In this document: positions 45,254-58,254 of the stretch, piece after piece
How the letters are laid out: the number at the start of each line of letters is the position of its first letter
How positions within the stretch are numbered: position 1 is the stretch's first letter
Source of the DNA: Octopus vulgaris
Lineage: Eukaryota
Assembly (NCBI GenBank): GCA_951406725.2
Contig: OX597835.1
Location: 48,670,001 to 48,734,000 of the forward strand
DNA length: 64,000 nucleotides
Reading direction: 5' to 3'
The notes under the pieces: generated by a model
Told to the model about the DNA's origin: nothing
The model's input: only the letters and a program-made list of their open reading frames with translations
The model's database searches: none
Program-made: the position numbers and the translations under genes

Positions 45254-47415
45254 GTATATCCTCAGTCATAAATAAGTATGTATATGTGTATATGCATTTT
45301 GAGTGAGTCTGCATCTGTTCATTTGATTATGTGTGCTTAAATGCTTATATATGACTAAACCACATGTTCCTAAATATTCAGAAACACACAATTCAATGCC
45401 CAAACATATGTATATGAATGTATACACACACACTTACACACACACACACATACACTTGCGTATGCGATTTTACTTACCACGATTGATTACCTGTGCATAA
45501 ATGATCTAATATGGCAAAAACATACGGGTAGAAAACATTCAAGGAAAGAAAAGTATGTATTCGTAAATATATATTCTTATACGTACATACATGCACGTGT
45601 ATATGCAGTCACAATTTATTCAGGTTAAACGTGTACGAATCAATACTCGTTGTTTCACGCCTCCGATATTCGGACGATCATGCAAATGAAAAATGATATT
45701 TTATATATAAAAAGTATTGAACGCAATATTTCAATGTCATAATGAACGTTGGTAAGAATAGTTGAAATATATTGCATAATAATATACATGTTGTTCGGAA
45801 AGAGAAAAAATTTGCATCTTACAATATAATATATATAAATAAAGCGATCTGTATTTGAAAATATAGAAGTATTTATGTAAAAAAGCAAGTGTTGACAATT
45901 GCACGTATATATAAAACTTAGAATGACACAGGAAAGATATCAAAACTTTTTGATATGTATGAAATATAGAAATTTCCAAGTGATTAGCGTTATAATAGTT
46001 GAAATTTTTTGAATATCTAAATCGAGTGAATCCATGATGATTTCTTGAGAAACCATTCTTAATTGCAAAGGAGTATTGGCGTGTGTATTCAATAGCCTAA
46101 AATTTCTGCTCGATCTCAGCAAAAGAATTATGTTTTAATTTCTTCGTAAATGACACCTGTCCCTCTTCTTAAAAACAAAAACAATTGTTCGTTGAGTCTC
46201 GTGCAAAATTTTTTAACCTTTCTTAAATAAATGAATATTTTGCTAATCATTACAAATTTGAAGGCAACTATTCGTAAATCTCGTGTAATTTCTGATGATG
46301 CTAAAGTTATTTAATTGGCAAATTAAATCAGGCTTTCGAAAGCCTATTATTTGTGTTTAAAAATTGTACACCACTGAGGTTGAAATGGCTTAAGCTTCGG
46401 AAATTAGAATTGTTTCTTACATTAGAAATAGCTTATGTTAACCATGTTCTATGTGATCTAAGAATCTGTGGCAATTTTAATGTCTACTAATGTCTAATAA
46501 CGACTGCAATATACCGTAATGCACTGCCCAGTCCATTGTTTCGCGACTGAAGGACAAGATTACGACGTTTAGTCTGTTTGTAACGCCGCCTCTATAACGA
46601 ATGGATTTCTTTTAATAATGGGAAGCACTTTTGAGCAAAGCCACATTTGAACATAAATACTTACAAATATTAGAATCTCTTTCAAAGTTTCAGCTGAATA
46701 AGTGTACAATCATCGTAGACACATCGCGAAGTATTCAGTTTCAAATTTAAGCTCATCCAAATAGTAAGCTCAAAAGGAATACGAACTCTATATTACTGAA
46801 TAGTCTGAAAGCTTAAAATAATAGGACTTCAATCGTATCATTGTTTGTCATGATCTTTAAAATTATAAATTGTGTGCTGCTTTGAAAACATTTACAGCCG
46901 TTCGAAAATCGGCAACGAGAGACTCAGAGTAACAATTGGTGAAAGCTTCAAATAACAGGACTTCAATGGTAAAGACTTTAATGAAATCTTAATCTGACAA
47001 ATTTTTGAATCTGTTAGACATTTAACACACGTGATTTGAACCCTTTGGTATAAATACATGTATCTTTATATGTGTGCGCGTGCGTGTGTTCTTATATCAC
47101 TTTCAACACTTACCTCTACTATTTCAGTGTGAACCTAGCTTCTTTCTATCTTCCCCAAAACCATTATGGTTATAGGATAACGGAGTCAGATTCCGTCAGC
47201 CTATATCACATGAAACATTGCTTGTCGTGATATTTAAAATTATATATTGTGTGTTCCTTTTTAAAACATTTATAGTAGTTCGAAGATCGGCAACGAGAGA
47301 CTCAAAGTAACAATTAGTGAAGTTTCAGCACCAATAAATTACATAAGTCAAATTTTAGTATTTAGAACCCATTTGCTATATATATATGTGCGCGCACACG
47401 CACACACACACACAT

Positions 47416-47456
<41 letters not shown>

Positions 47457-47768
47457 CTTGATTGTTGCTTAAGTGCTAGTATAGTACACATCAAGTCACG
47501 AACAACGAGGAAAGGTAATTAAAATGTAAAAAAAACAAACAATAAATAAACGGATAAGTATACGACACAAGTCTAACACGAAATTAAGTCCGACCATATG
47601 GCTATGTAACATAGAGTGCAGTATCAACCGTTATTGTAGCAATGTTTTCATGAACAGATCAAATGACATTTTGCGCTAAGCCTCTTGCCGTTTGCGGTTG
47701 CAAACATGATTGGAAGATTGGCAGCGACGTCTTCTATTTCGATTCCAATCTTATCTAGAATGCATTAT

Positions 47769-48155
47769 TGGAAGGGAGCACTCCGTCGGTTACGACGACG
47801 AGGGTTCCGGTTGATCCGAATCAACGGAACAGCCTGTTCGTGAAATTAACGTGTAAGTGGCTGAGCACTCCACAGATACGTGTACTCTTAACGTGGTTCT
47901 CGGGGATATTCAGCGTGACACAGAGGGTGACAAGGCCGGCCCCTTGAAATACAGGTACAACAGAAACAGGAAGTAAGAGTGAGAGAAAGTTGTGGTAAAA
48001 GAGTACAGCAGGGATCACCACCATCCCCTGCCGGAGCCTCGTGGAGCTTTAGGTGTTTTCGCTCAATAAACACTCACAACGCCCGGCTTGGGAATCGAAA
48101 CCGCGATCCTATGACCGCGAGTCCGCTGCCCTAACCACTGGGCCATTGTACCTCC
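47769..48155 (-). mobile_element. tRNA-derived SINE family 2, full length, 12-bp TSD
   Basis: Minus strand GGAGGTACAATGGCCCAGTGGTTAGGGCAGCGG...GGTTTCGATTCC. AGAATGCATTAT at 47757-47768 and 48156-48167. Confidence 0.92.
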
Positions 48156-48537
48156 AGAATGCATTATAAGAAAACGAAGTCGCCTCTGACTTTTAGCTGC
48201 TGCTGAATCTTATCGGTTCCATAATCCTCCCTGAGATCAATGTTACCTTTTATCCTGACAGAGTCATTAAATAAATGCACCATTCCAACGCGTTCGATGG
48301 GTGAAACTGTGACAAGATCGGACCGGATGTATTTATTCCAATTCTTCCATATCCTACATCGGCGTTGGTCTTAAAGCTTCGTCCAGTTTAATAGCCCCAC
48401 GTCTGTTCCTTCGGGTGCCTTTGGTAAATAATACTCAGTTGCAAGTATTTGGACAATATTTGTCGGTTTGAGAATATCGTCCTCCTTCTCTCTCTCTCTC
48501 GTTATATCTCTTTATCTCTCTCCATTTCTCTCTCTCC

Positions 48538-48627
<90 letters not shown>

Positions 48628-48628
48628 C

Positions 48629-48675
<47 letters not shown>

Positions 48676-48714
48676 GCGTGTCTCTTTCATCGTCGCAAGC
48701 AATGTTTTACCGCT

Positions 48715-48929
48715 TCATCTTTTATCTTGGACTTGTTTCAGTCATTAAGCTGCAGCCATAATGGGACACCGCCATCAAGAAGTTTTATTCAACCCCAGTA
48801 CTTAATTTTTTAAAGCCTGGTACTTTTTCTATTGTGATCTTTTACCGAACCGCTAAATTTACGGAGACAACTGTCAAGCTGTGGTGGGGAGGGATCAAAC
48901 ATAGACACAAAGACACACATGCATATGTG

Positions 48930-48995
<66 letters not shown>

Positions 48996-49070
48996 CGAAG
49001 GGCTTCGTTCAGATTCCATCTACCAAATCTACTCACAAGGCTTTGGTCGGACCAAGGCTATAGTAGAAAA
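48715..49070 (-). mobile_element. SINE family 3, diverged, 5'-truncated
   Basis: ACTTGTTTCAGTCATT...TACCAAATCTACTCACAAGGCTTTGGTCGG with internal (TA)n. Confidence 0.8.
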
Positions 49071-49134
49071 CGCCCTAATAAGCTGCACTGCCAACTTTTG
49101 TTATTCCAGTGCGAAGGAGACCAGCGTAACCGCA

Positions 49135-49790
49135 CTTTGAACACACCCTGGTGACTAGTTTGCAGAATGCAGTCAGGATAGGAAGACGATTTGGAAGCTC
49201 GCTTATAAACTGGGCTACAAAAACCTATGAAATATTCCAGATTAATTTATATGAACCGAATATCTGTTTTATGCAAGAGGAAGATGTTTAAGGTCGGTAG
49301 AGAAGAAGTGAGAGGTGATGAGAGGTACGGAAGACAGAAAGACGTCATAGCATCAAAGCTGGTTGAGAAATTTCGCAATTCTCTGAAAGGAGACTGTCGT
49401 ATATCCATAAAGACGATAAATATACAGTCCGGACTTGGTGGCACAACTATTATTTATGAAGATCAGAACATGCGCAAAATTTGTACACAGTTTGTCGCCA
49501 GGGTTCCCAGTGGCGAGCGCCCTGGTAACCAACTGCTTGTCCATCCAGACCTTGTTCCCTCACCCTCTGACTTTTGGTTGTTCCCCAAGGAGAACCTCCG
49601 GGCAGTCGTTTTTGAAATGAAGCTGGCTGTAGCAAGAGTTCTGGACACCTTCGCTTTGAGTGCTTTCCATGGGGCTTCAAGAAGTGGCTGAAGCGCTGCA
49701 ACAAGTGCGTTGAAGTCAAAGAATCCTATTTTGAAAGAGATTAGAGATTTGGGCTTCTTTGAAATTAATAAATGTTTTTATAATGTTCTC
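49135..49790 (+). mobile_element. Mariner-like transposase remnant
   Basis: FKVGREEVRGDERYGR (HTH region F..G...D..RSGRP), MRKICTQFVARV (WVP-like) and PDLVPSPSDFWLFPK. Confidence 0.75.
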
Positions 49791-51084
49791 ACCACCATAC
49801 TGAATGATGTTGAAACCACAATGATATCCGTTAAGCAGCAGAAGATGGGATGTTTGCGTTTGATGTGCTTCTTAATTTATACTTTTGTTGTTGTCAATGA
49901 GCTTTTTGTATCATGCTTTCCCGAGGTCTATGAGCTGTCCGTCATTGGGATTCTTGGACATGTAAGCTTAAACTTGTTCGGGAGTTCCTGGTATATGACT
50001 TTTTTTTGCACTACGCTCTCCTTCACTGACACCCCCCACACACACACACACACACGCACATACATAAATAGAAATAAATATTTCGTCTATAAATGTAAAA
50101 AATAAATCCACGGTAATAAAAGGGTCAAGTACTTACGGATCGTTAAATATAAACACGTTGTTATATTGCAGAAAATCCAAGTTGAACAGACTTACATGTG
50201 TATACATAATCGGCTAAAACTATATATTTTAGATCAACATATCTAGAATAATAGCAGAAAAAGCATAGGTTTCATATACAGTTCATGCTTTAACTATGCT
50301 TAACAGCTGTTTCATTTATATAGATATCATTAAAAGTATTATTACATAATTGTGATACATAATGAATTTTAATTTAATTTAAATTCAATTAATTTAAAAG
50401 ATGTATTTACCCAACACATCAGATGTATTTTAATTTATACTAATCGGAAAATCTTTCCCTGTTTAAATTTTAAATTCCGGTTTTTGAACCAGTAACAATT
50501 TGTATGATATAATTATCCTGTTGATTTTGGAGAGACACGGCTTTTAAATCAATCTAATTTCACGTAATTAAAAGATTAGTTAATTGTGTATAACAATTAT
50601 GGAATTATACATGTAATGATGTTTATCTTAAAACTGGTTGAAAACAAAATATTTAACGTTTTGCCACATTCAGACTTCTCTACTTTTATTTATGTAAACT
50701 TCCTTCTTATGATTACACATAATTAGATGTTATATAATTGCAATTTTGAGTATATTTTTCGAAATAATTGTCTTTTCATCTTTATAATAGTTAATTTTTG
50801 ATTTGGTTCTTAATGTGAATCAAAATTAGAGCTAATTGCGATTTGCTCACTCTAAGAAGAAAAATAAAAAGGAAAGTCTATGTGAAGGTACAACTATTCT
50901 TTACATACATGTATACCTACGTTCATACATTCTTACATATATATTCATACATAAATGCGAACGTCTGACAGAAGACTGAAGAGTCTGCAGTATGGAAGAG
51001 AAAACCCTATTATAACAGAATCCTATGAGTTTATATTTATAAGTCCATATTTTTCTTCATTTATTCCTTTTATTTTTCAGATTT

Positions 51085-51545
51085 CACTTGTTTCAATCAT
51101 TGGACTACGTCCATGCTGGGGTAACGCCTTGAAGAGATTTTAGTTGAACCAGTCGGCTCCCGGCGCCTTTCTTTTCAAGCAGGTGCTTATTCGAACGGTC
51201 AGTTTTGCCGAACTGACGGCTAGTTTGAAAGGGCGTAAACAAACTAACACCGGTTGTCAAGTGGTAATCAGGGACAAACACGGACACAAACACACTCGCG
51301 TGCGCACACAAATACACACGCGTGCGCACACAAACACACACACATACACATAAACACACACACACGATTCTTCTTTTTCTGTTTCCGTCTACAAAATTCA
51401 CTCACAAGATTTTGGTTGTGCCACTCACAATCTTTGCCCAAGTGTCTGTTGAAGACACTTGCACAAGGCTTTGACTGGCAATTGCAGAAGACACTCGCCC
51501 AAGGTGCCACGTGGTTGGGAAGCAAAATTCTTACCACACAGCTTA
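51085..51545 (-). mobile_element. SINE family 3, old and rearranged
   Basis: CTTGTTTCAATCATTGGACT...GTTTCCGTCTACAAAATTCACTCACAAG...GAAGACACTCGCCCAAGGTGCCAC, with GAAGACAC-type motifs locally duplicated. Confidence 0.7.
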
Positions 51546-51831
51546 CGGTATATGTCATGTCCAAAGGTCAAGTAAAGAATCTGTATTCGTGAGAGCACTT
51601 TGACAAAAACTCCGTCCGTGTTTTTAATGTGCTTTGAAAAGGTCTTTTTGAATTACAGAAACCTCTGAAATTCTAGCAGACTGTGTAACATTTGCTGAAG
51701 AGCGATATAAATCATCCACTTTGATATAATATGCAGTGATATAAACATATAAACATTCTGCAATTGACCTTAATGCATCACGTAGCTTGAAGAAATATAC
51801 CAAGTAACGGGATATCCTATACACATATATG

Positions 51832-51944
<113 letters not shown>

Positions 51945-52887
51945 GCACATATATATATATATATATATATATACTTTACGTAAGTACATATATATTTCTA
52001 TATGTGTATATGTATACATATATGATATACATGCAGACAGTCAAGCGCGCACACGCACACGTATTAATGCACATGTTGAGGCTAATATAGTCTCAGATAT
52101 TTCCAGGTGTCTTATTACTTGATTTGCTTAACCAAAGTAAGCTACGTGATGCAGGAAGGTCAAGAGTGGAATGTTTATATTACTGTAAGTTATGTTAAGC
52201 GTTTGCTTTATGGAAGAACTTAGAGAGCAGAGTTCCAACAGTGAACCATAATCAAAACCAGCGCATTTACGCCAAACAAATTAAATATGAAATGTATTAA
52301 TCAAAATCGTCGCATATAATCTCATCTAACACACTTATGTTTGTGTGTGTGTGTGTGGATGTGTTGAGTCACTTCCGTCATGCACTTCCGTCGGACCTTT
52401 CTTTTCCGTTTCGCCGGACCTTTCCACTTTCTAAAAAAATGAGCTATGCTCGAAAAGTCACGCGCCATATTTTTTTTCCGTTTTCAACTGAGCCTCAGCC
52501 TAATACACTCACTGTACGCCACCTTGTGTTGTTTTTGTACCAGTGTGCGTGCGCGCATGCGTGTGCTGCTTGGTGGCAGTGTTGATGCGATCTCTGTATG
52601 TGTCTGGCTAAGGTGAATCTTTGTGCCCTGAGGGATGCATCTGTGTGTGACGGTGTATTTCTGTATGTGTGTGTAGCTGTGTGCGTGTCTGGTATACTGA
52701 CATACATGTGGTGCTATGTACCGGCGTCTGCCCACCAGTATAATTATTAATTTGCGCTTCTGTGTGTCTCTGCATTGATTTAAACGTAGGAATGTGTGCG
52801 CCTGTTTGTCTGTGCGTCTGTCTAACTGTTAAAATCTCTCAATACAGCAACACTCAAATGTAAACCTCCCAGCTTAAAACCTTTTTA

Positions 52888-52996
52888 TCCCATCCGAGGA
52901 GTCTTGTATGCACTGTGCGTTGCATCTGGTGTCATTGCATCGTTCCACACCCACGAGGGTGCAGTGCATCGTGAAGACGAAACAATTGTTGTGGGA
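52888..52996 (+). ncRNA. Type I hammerhead ribozyme-like motif (U4C core variant, ~80-nt stem II, palindromic stem III)
   Basis: Stem I TCCCAT/GTGGGA; core CCGAGGA 52894-52900; stem II GTCTT/AAGAC plus ATGCACTGTGC/GTGCAGTGCAT; GAAA 52979-52982; ACAATTGT; NUH triplet GTT. Confidence 0.7.
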
Positions 52997-53253
52997 ATAT
53001 ACATTTCTTGTTGGTACATTCCGTCTTCTCATTTTATCCTTAATATTTACTCAACATCCATCCTAGAATTCCTGGAATTTTAACAACGATGTTTGCTAAG
53101 GATCGCTGATGATGCCTGGTAGCCATAAGTGGTGAACGTGCTCCACAAACACACGACCTGGCACTTAGCGTTAAATAAGATTTCCATATTGTTTAACATA
53201 TTTCCTTAACCTTAATACTGAATTCTGTAACCTTATGTTTGGCTTATTGTATG

Positions 53254-53308
<55 letters not shown>

Positions 53309-53359
53309 GCACACATATATGTATCTGTGTGTATGTGTATGTATGTATGTATGTATGTA

Positions 53360-53535
53360 TTTGTTTCTGTCCTGAGACTGCGGCCATGCTGTGGCACCGA
53401 CATTCGAGAAATTTTTGTCGCAGGAATCGACACCGGTATTTATTTATTTTTTAAGCCTGATATTTATTCAATTGAGCCCTTTTGCCTAAGCGCTAATTTA
53501 CGGGATGTAAACATAACACCGGTTGTCAAGCGGTG
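53360..53535 (-). mobile_element. SINE family 3 tail fragment
   Basis: GACTGCGGCCATGCTG...ACACCGGTTGTCAAGCGGTG. Confidence 0.7.
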
Positions 53536-53978
53536 AAGCCTCCAAATTTCAAAATGGTGGTTTTTCCTTTGCGACGAGATAGTAGAAATGATTACCATTA
53601 TGTTAAGGCTGAGCTCTTTCCAAATTATATCTAAAGGTTTATATTTTAAATATAAGCTTAACAGTTTCACTGAGTTCTAGAAAAAAGTTTCCTGATTGTA
53701 AGCCATACGGCTGCCACGTCGTGGTATGTAAGTGCTACACGCAGAATATTCACACAGTCACAAACGCATGCGCGCACACACACACACACATACACATCTT
53801 AATATATATGTATAACGTTCGTACGTAACAACATGAACCTATGTATAAAATGATAAAATTATAGGGTGATAGATAGAGAGACAACTGGCTAGCTAACTAA
53901 ATAGATAGGTAGATACATACATACATAAATGCATACATACATAGACAGACAGGCAGCTAGATAGATAGATAGATAGAC

Positions 53979-54082
<104 letters not shown>

Positions 54083-54282
54083 TAGATGGCATGAGGAGTG
54101 ATATGTGAGACAGTTAAGAAAACAGAGAAGTCAACAGATTCTTTGTTCAATTGAGAAAATTGATAAATTCTCGTCAGCAGAATTTCTCGGGTATTATTTT
54201 ATGCCTGCTGAACATACAAACACACATACATAGCTATACACAAGTATGCGTGCGCAGGCGCACACAGACACACACACACATT

Positions 54283-54320
<38 letters not shown>

Positions 54321-54541
54321 TGTATGTTACAATGGTACACGCAACTATGTTTACATGTATCTTTAAGTGTATATAATAGCTATGCATGTTTATGCCTGAG
54401 GATTTTTGTGCCTCTGTATGTGTATGACTGTGTGTGAGAGGGAGAGGTGGGTATGTGTGTGTGTGGGCGTGTATGCATGCACGTACATTCGTGTGGATAC
54501 ATATATACTTACATATAAACATACTATGTATGTATCTGCAC

Positions 54542-54601
<60 letters not shown>

Positions 54602-54615
54602 ATGTATGTGTGTAT

Positions 54616-54659
<44 letters not shown>

Positions 54660-54672
54660 ACACATATATATG

Positions 54673-54707
<35 letters not shown>

Positions 54708-55003
54708 TTATCTTTATATATATATATTTATTTATTTACACGTATACGAGTGTATGTATGTGTGTGTGTGTATGCATGAGAATATATATAAGACAAGGAT
54801 ATAGAAATGAGCTAAGTCTAGAAATACCCCTTTCCCTAAATATGTAGTTTGAATTTTTCTTCTTTTTTTTGTTGTTGCAATAAATACTTATGCTACTTAC
54901 ATATGCTTACATACTCGCACACACACAAGTACACGCATATGTATGTATGTATATATACGTGCGTATATATATATACCTATATACATATACGTATAAATAT
55001 ACA

Positions 55004-55126
<123 letters not shown>

Positions 55127-55172
55127 GTATGTATGTGTATACGTATATGTATGTATGTGTATACGTATATGT

Positions 55173-55929
55173 AAATTATAAAGAATGCACAAAATTAAAG
55201 AACCATATACGTTTAGCACATATTAAACATGATAATTAAATACAAGCGAGTTTCTTTTAAAAAGACTTTTCCGATTTCACTGAAATCGATATGTAATTCC
55301 AAGACACCATGAATTTCTTGCTATACAAATATACAATATCGAAAAAGAGTTGTTAAACAAAACTAAAATAACAAAATCTTTTACACATGGAAGGATATAG
55401 GGTAAATGCACCAAGAAATAAGAGTAATATCAAACAAGAGCACTGAGAGAACGCAAACCTCTGCCAAGGCAACACCAACGTCCTCTCAACGATTAGCCAG
55501 GGATGATTTTTAGAACGAGAACGGTCGGGTTCATTTTTCGTATTCTCGTTTGTGAGAGCAGTCGAGTTTATTTCAGATATTCTCGTTCTAAAAATCATCC
55601 CTGGCTAATCGTTGAGAGGACGTTGGTGTTGCCTTGCCAGAGGTTTGTGTTCTCTCAGTGCTCTTGTTTGATATTACTCTTATTTCTTGGTGCATTTACC
55701 CCTATATCCTTCCATGTGTAAAAGATTTTGTTATTTTAGTTTTGTTTAACAACTCTTTTTCGATATTGTATATTTGTATAGCAAGAAATTCATGGTGTCT
55801 TGGAATTACATATCGATTTCAGTGAAATCGGAAAAGTCTTTTTAAAAAAAACTCGCTTGTATTTAATTATCATGTTTAATATGTGCTAAACTTATATGGT
55901 TCTTTAATTTTGTGCATTCTTTATAATTT
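55173..55929. repeat. Near-perfect inverted repeat: 349/350-bp arms, 58-bp spacer
   Basis: 55173-55521 is the reverse complement of 55580-55929. I count about 5 differences by eye. Confidence 0.95.
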
Positions 55930-56031
55930 TTATATAATTTTTTTTTACACGTTTATTTTCATTCCTCTCATTATCTTTATGTATTTGACAAATGAAAGAC
56001 GTAAGATGGAATATACGAGAATTTATTATTA

Positions 56032-56140
56032 ATCACGACAATTGTTTCGCCATATCTACCATCGATTCCTCGTGGGTGGGCGGACGCTCAACAACTGGTT
56101 CAGGATCATCCGGCGGAGCAGATGTATCTCATCGGGTGAT
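56032..56140 (-). ncRNA. Type I hammerhead ribozyme-like motif, second copy of the 52888 family
   Basis: Minus strand: stem I ATCAC/GTGAT; core CCGATGA; stem II G-C closure plus ATCTGCT/GGTAGAT; GAAA; ACAATTGT; triplet GTC. Confidence 0.7.
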
Positions 56141-56259
56141 AAATAAATACAATTCGTTGAAATAACTGTTCTGCAATGTAACATCTCATTTTGTAGAAAG
56201 AAAAGCAGCCAGTCGGAGGAAATATCTTCATTTGTGTAGAAGATCAAAAATTAAACCAC

Positions 56260-56848
56260 AGATGGCGAAAAGAGAAGCGAACACGCAATCCAGTGAGAAG
56301 AGTATTACAAATAACCGTTAACAAATATGGATGCATAAATGCCTTCAGGCAAGCTGAATGGTGTGAGTACACTCGCCCATATAAGCATCCGCATACGATA
56401 AATGTATATCTAAATGGTCATGCAGAGAAAACTGAAAACGTCCCTTGAGGAATCTCTCTATTAGTACAAATCTCTCTATAAGTATATAAATGCACCGCGC
56501 ACACAAGGGGAGAGCCGTATTCTTACATTGACGGCTGATCCATTTAAGAATCGTTATCGTAACCATGTTGCTGGTTTTAAGACAACCAACAAGAAACATT
56601 CAACAACTTTGGCAGATTTTTTATGGCGACTGAAGAAGGATAAAATGAAGTACAGCATAAATTGGTCCATAGTAAGGTACGCGAAACCATAGAATATAAT
56701 TTCCAGGAGATGCCGTCTCTGCTCCGATGAATCCCTGTCTACTCTGTAGAATAACCAGAAGACCGTTAATAGAATCTCTGAACGACTCTCGAGATGCCTA
56801 CACGTGTATAATTGTACTTTCGCACAATGCAGTGGGAATGAAATTTGA
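56260..56848 (+). pseudogene. Penelope-like element GIY-YIG endonuclease remnant (Naiad-type motif spacing)
   Basis: Manual translation across a frameshift and stops: SCREN*KRPL..VYKCTAHTRGEPYSYI/LTADPFKNRYRNHVAGF..STTLADFLWRLK..INWSIV..CRLCSDE..VNRISERLSRCLH. This matches the GIY-YIG plus CxxC/CxH pattern of PLE endonucleases. The 5' boundary is approximate. Confidence 0.75.
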
Positions 56849-56963
56849 GTAACCTTTAACAGAATTTAATTTACTTTTAACTTCGACATTCCTACAAACA
56901 CCAAGTAGATAGTTAACTCGCTTTGTGATCATGAGTGCACCAATATTCACTTGGTTTAATTAC

Positions 56964-57014
<51 letters not shown>

Positions 57015-57155
57015 GAGTGTATTTTACCTTGTTAACAATTAACACGGATAAATGAATGAATAGCTACCAGGGCAGCAAAATCTCACAAGTAAAGATGTTG
57101 AAACATATGTAGAAACAAAAAATACTTGTTTAAACCTGCGTTGACTCCATTTTTT

Positions 57156-57211
<56 letters not shown>

Positions 57212-57479
57212 ATTTTTAAGAGTTTTCAACATTTTTTCCTGATTGGCGCATTTCAAATGTTTTCCGGGATTTTGCCTACTCCCCCCACACACACACATAT
57301 ATATAGGTATAGATAGATAGATTATACATACGTGTACACGCAGGCAGGTATATTTTTGACTGTGTGTGTATATATTTGGCTGTGCCTGAAACACTGTATA
57401 TGTATATCTCTTCTATGAATAGGTCAGTATAAATGTATGTATGTGCCAATGCCCTGTATTGTTTATATACATGCATACG

Positions 57480-57512
<33 letters not shown>

Positions 57513-57786
57513 CACTCATATGTGTGTGCGAGTGTGTAAGTTTGTGTGTGTGTGTGTATTTTGCGGTGAAAAAAATTGTAGTAGATATCGTTTACACTTA
57601 TATAAACCATATAAATTCTACTTTATTTGAAGGTCAAAGGTTATGAAATATGATCTTTCCCCCAAAAAAAATTGAAGCAAAGGAGAAAAAAATGGAGCAG
57701 CTGAATATCTACAGAATATCTAAACACATGCGGAAACCTACACACATACTTCTACACGGATCCGTAGATGTACACATACACTCATA

Positions 57787-57837
<51 letters not shown>

Positions 57838-57841
57838 ACAT

Positions 57842-57874
<33 letters not shown>

Positions 57875-57890
57875 TGTGTATATATGTGTG

Positions 57891-57930
<40 letters not shown>

Positions 57931-58199
57931 CACGCACATACACACATACACAGACTTGAAGGGAAAATACTACCCCCTTCGCCTTTACCGCAGAGAAACA
58001 AAAGGAGACACCGCACCACAACAATAATAAAGGCAACAACTGCAACCCGAAAGACAGCTTCCAATATCGCAACAACAATATCAACAATAATAACAAGATC
58101 AACCTTATTCGAAACAATAACAAGAAGGAAAACGATAAGTACAACAAATACAGTAAACCCCAAAACAACCACAACAATCACTACTACTACTACTACTAC

Positions 58200-58254
<55 letters not shown>

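Noticed and set aside
53106-53142. CTGATGA-T-GCC...GGT-GAACGT as another hammerhead
   Set aside because: GAAA is incomplete and stem I does not pair convincingly.
56953-56967. GGTTTAATTACACAA resembles the start of nematode spliced leader SL1 (14/15) just after the PLE remnant
   Set aside because: The match is short and AT-rich, the rest of SL1 is absent and the host does not look like a nematode. Chance is likely.
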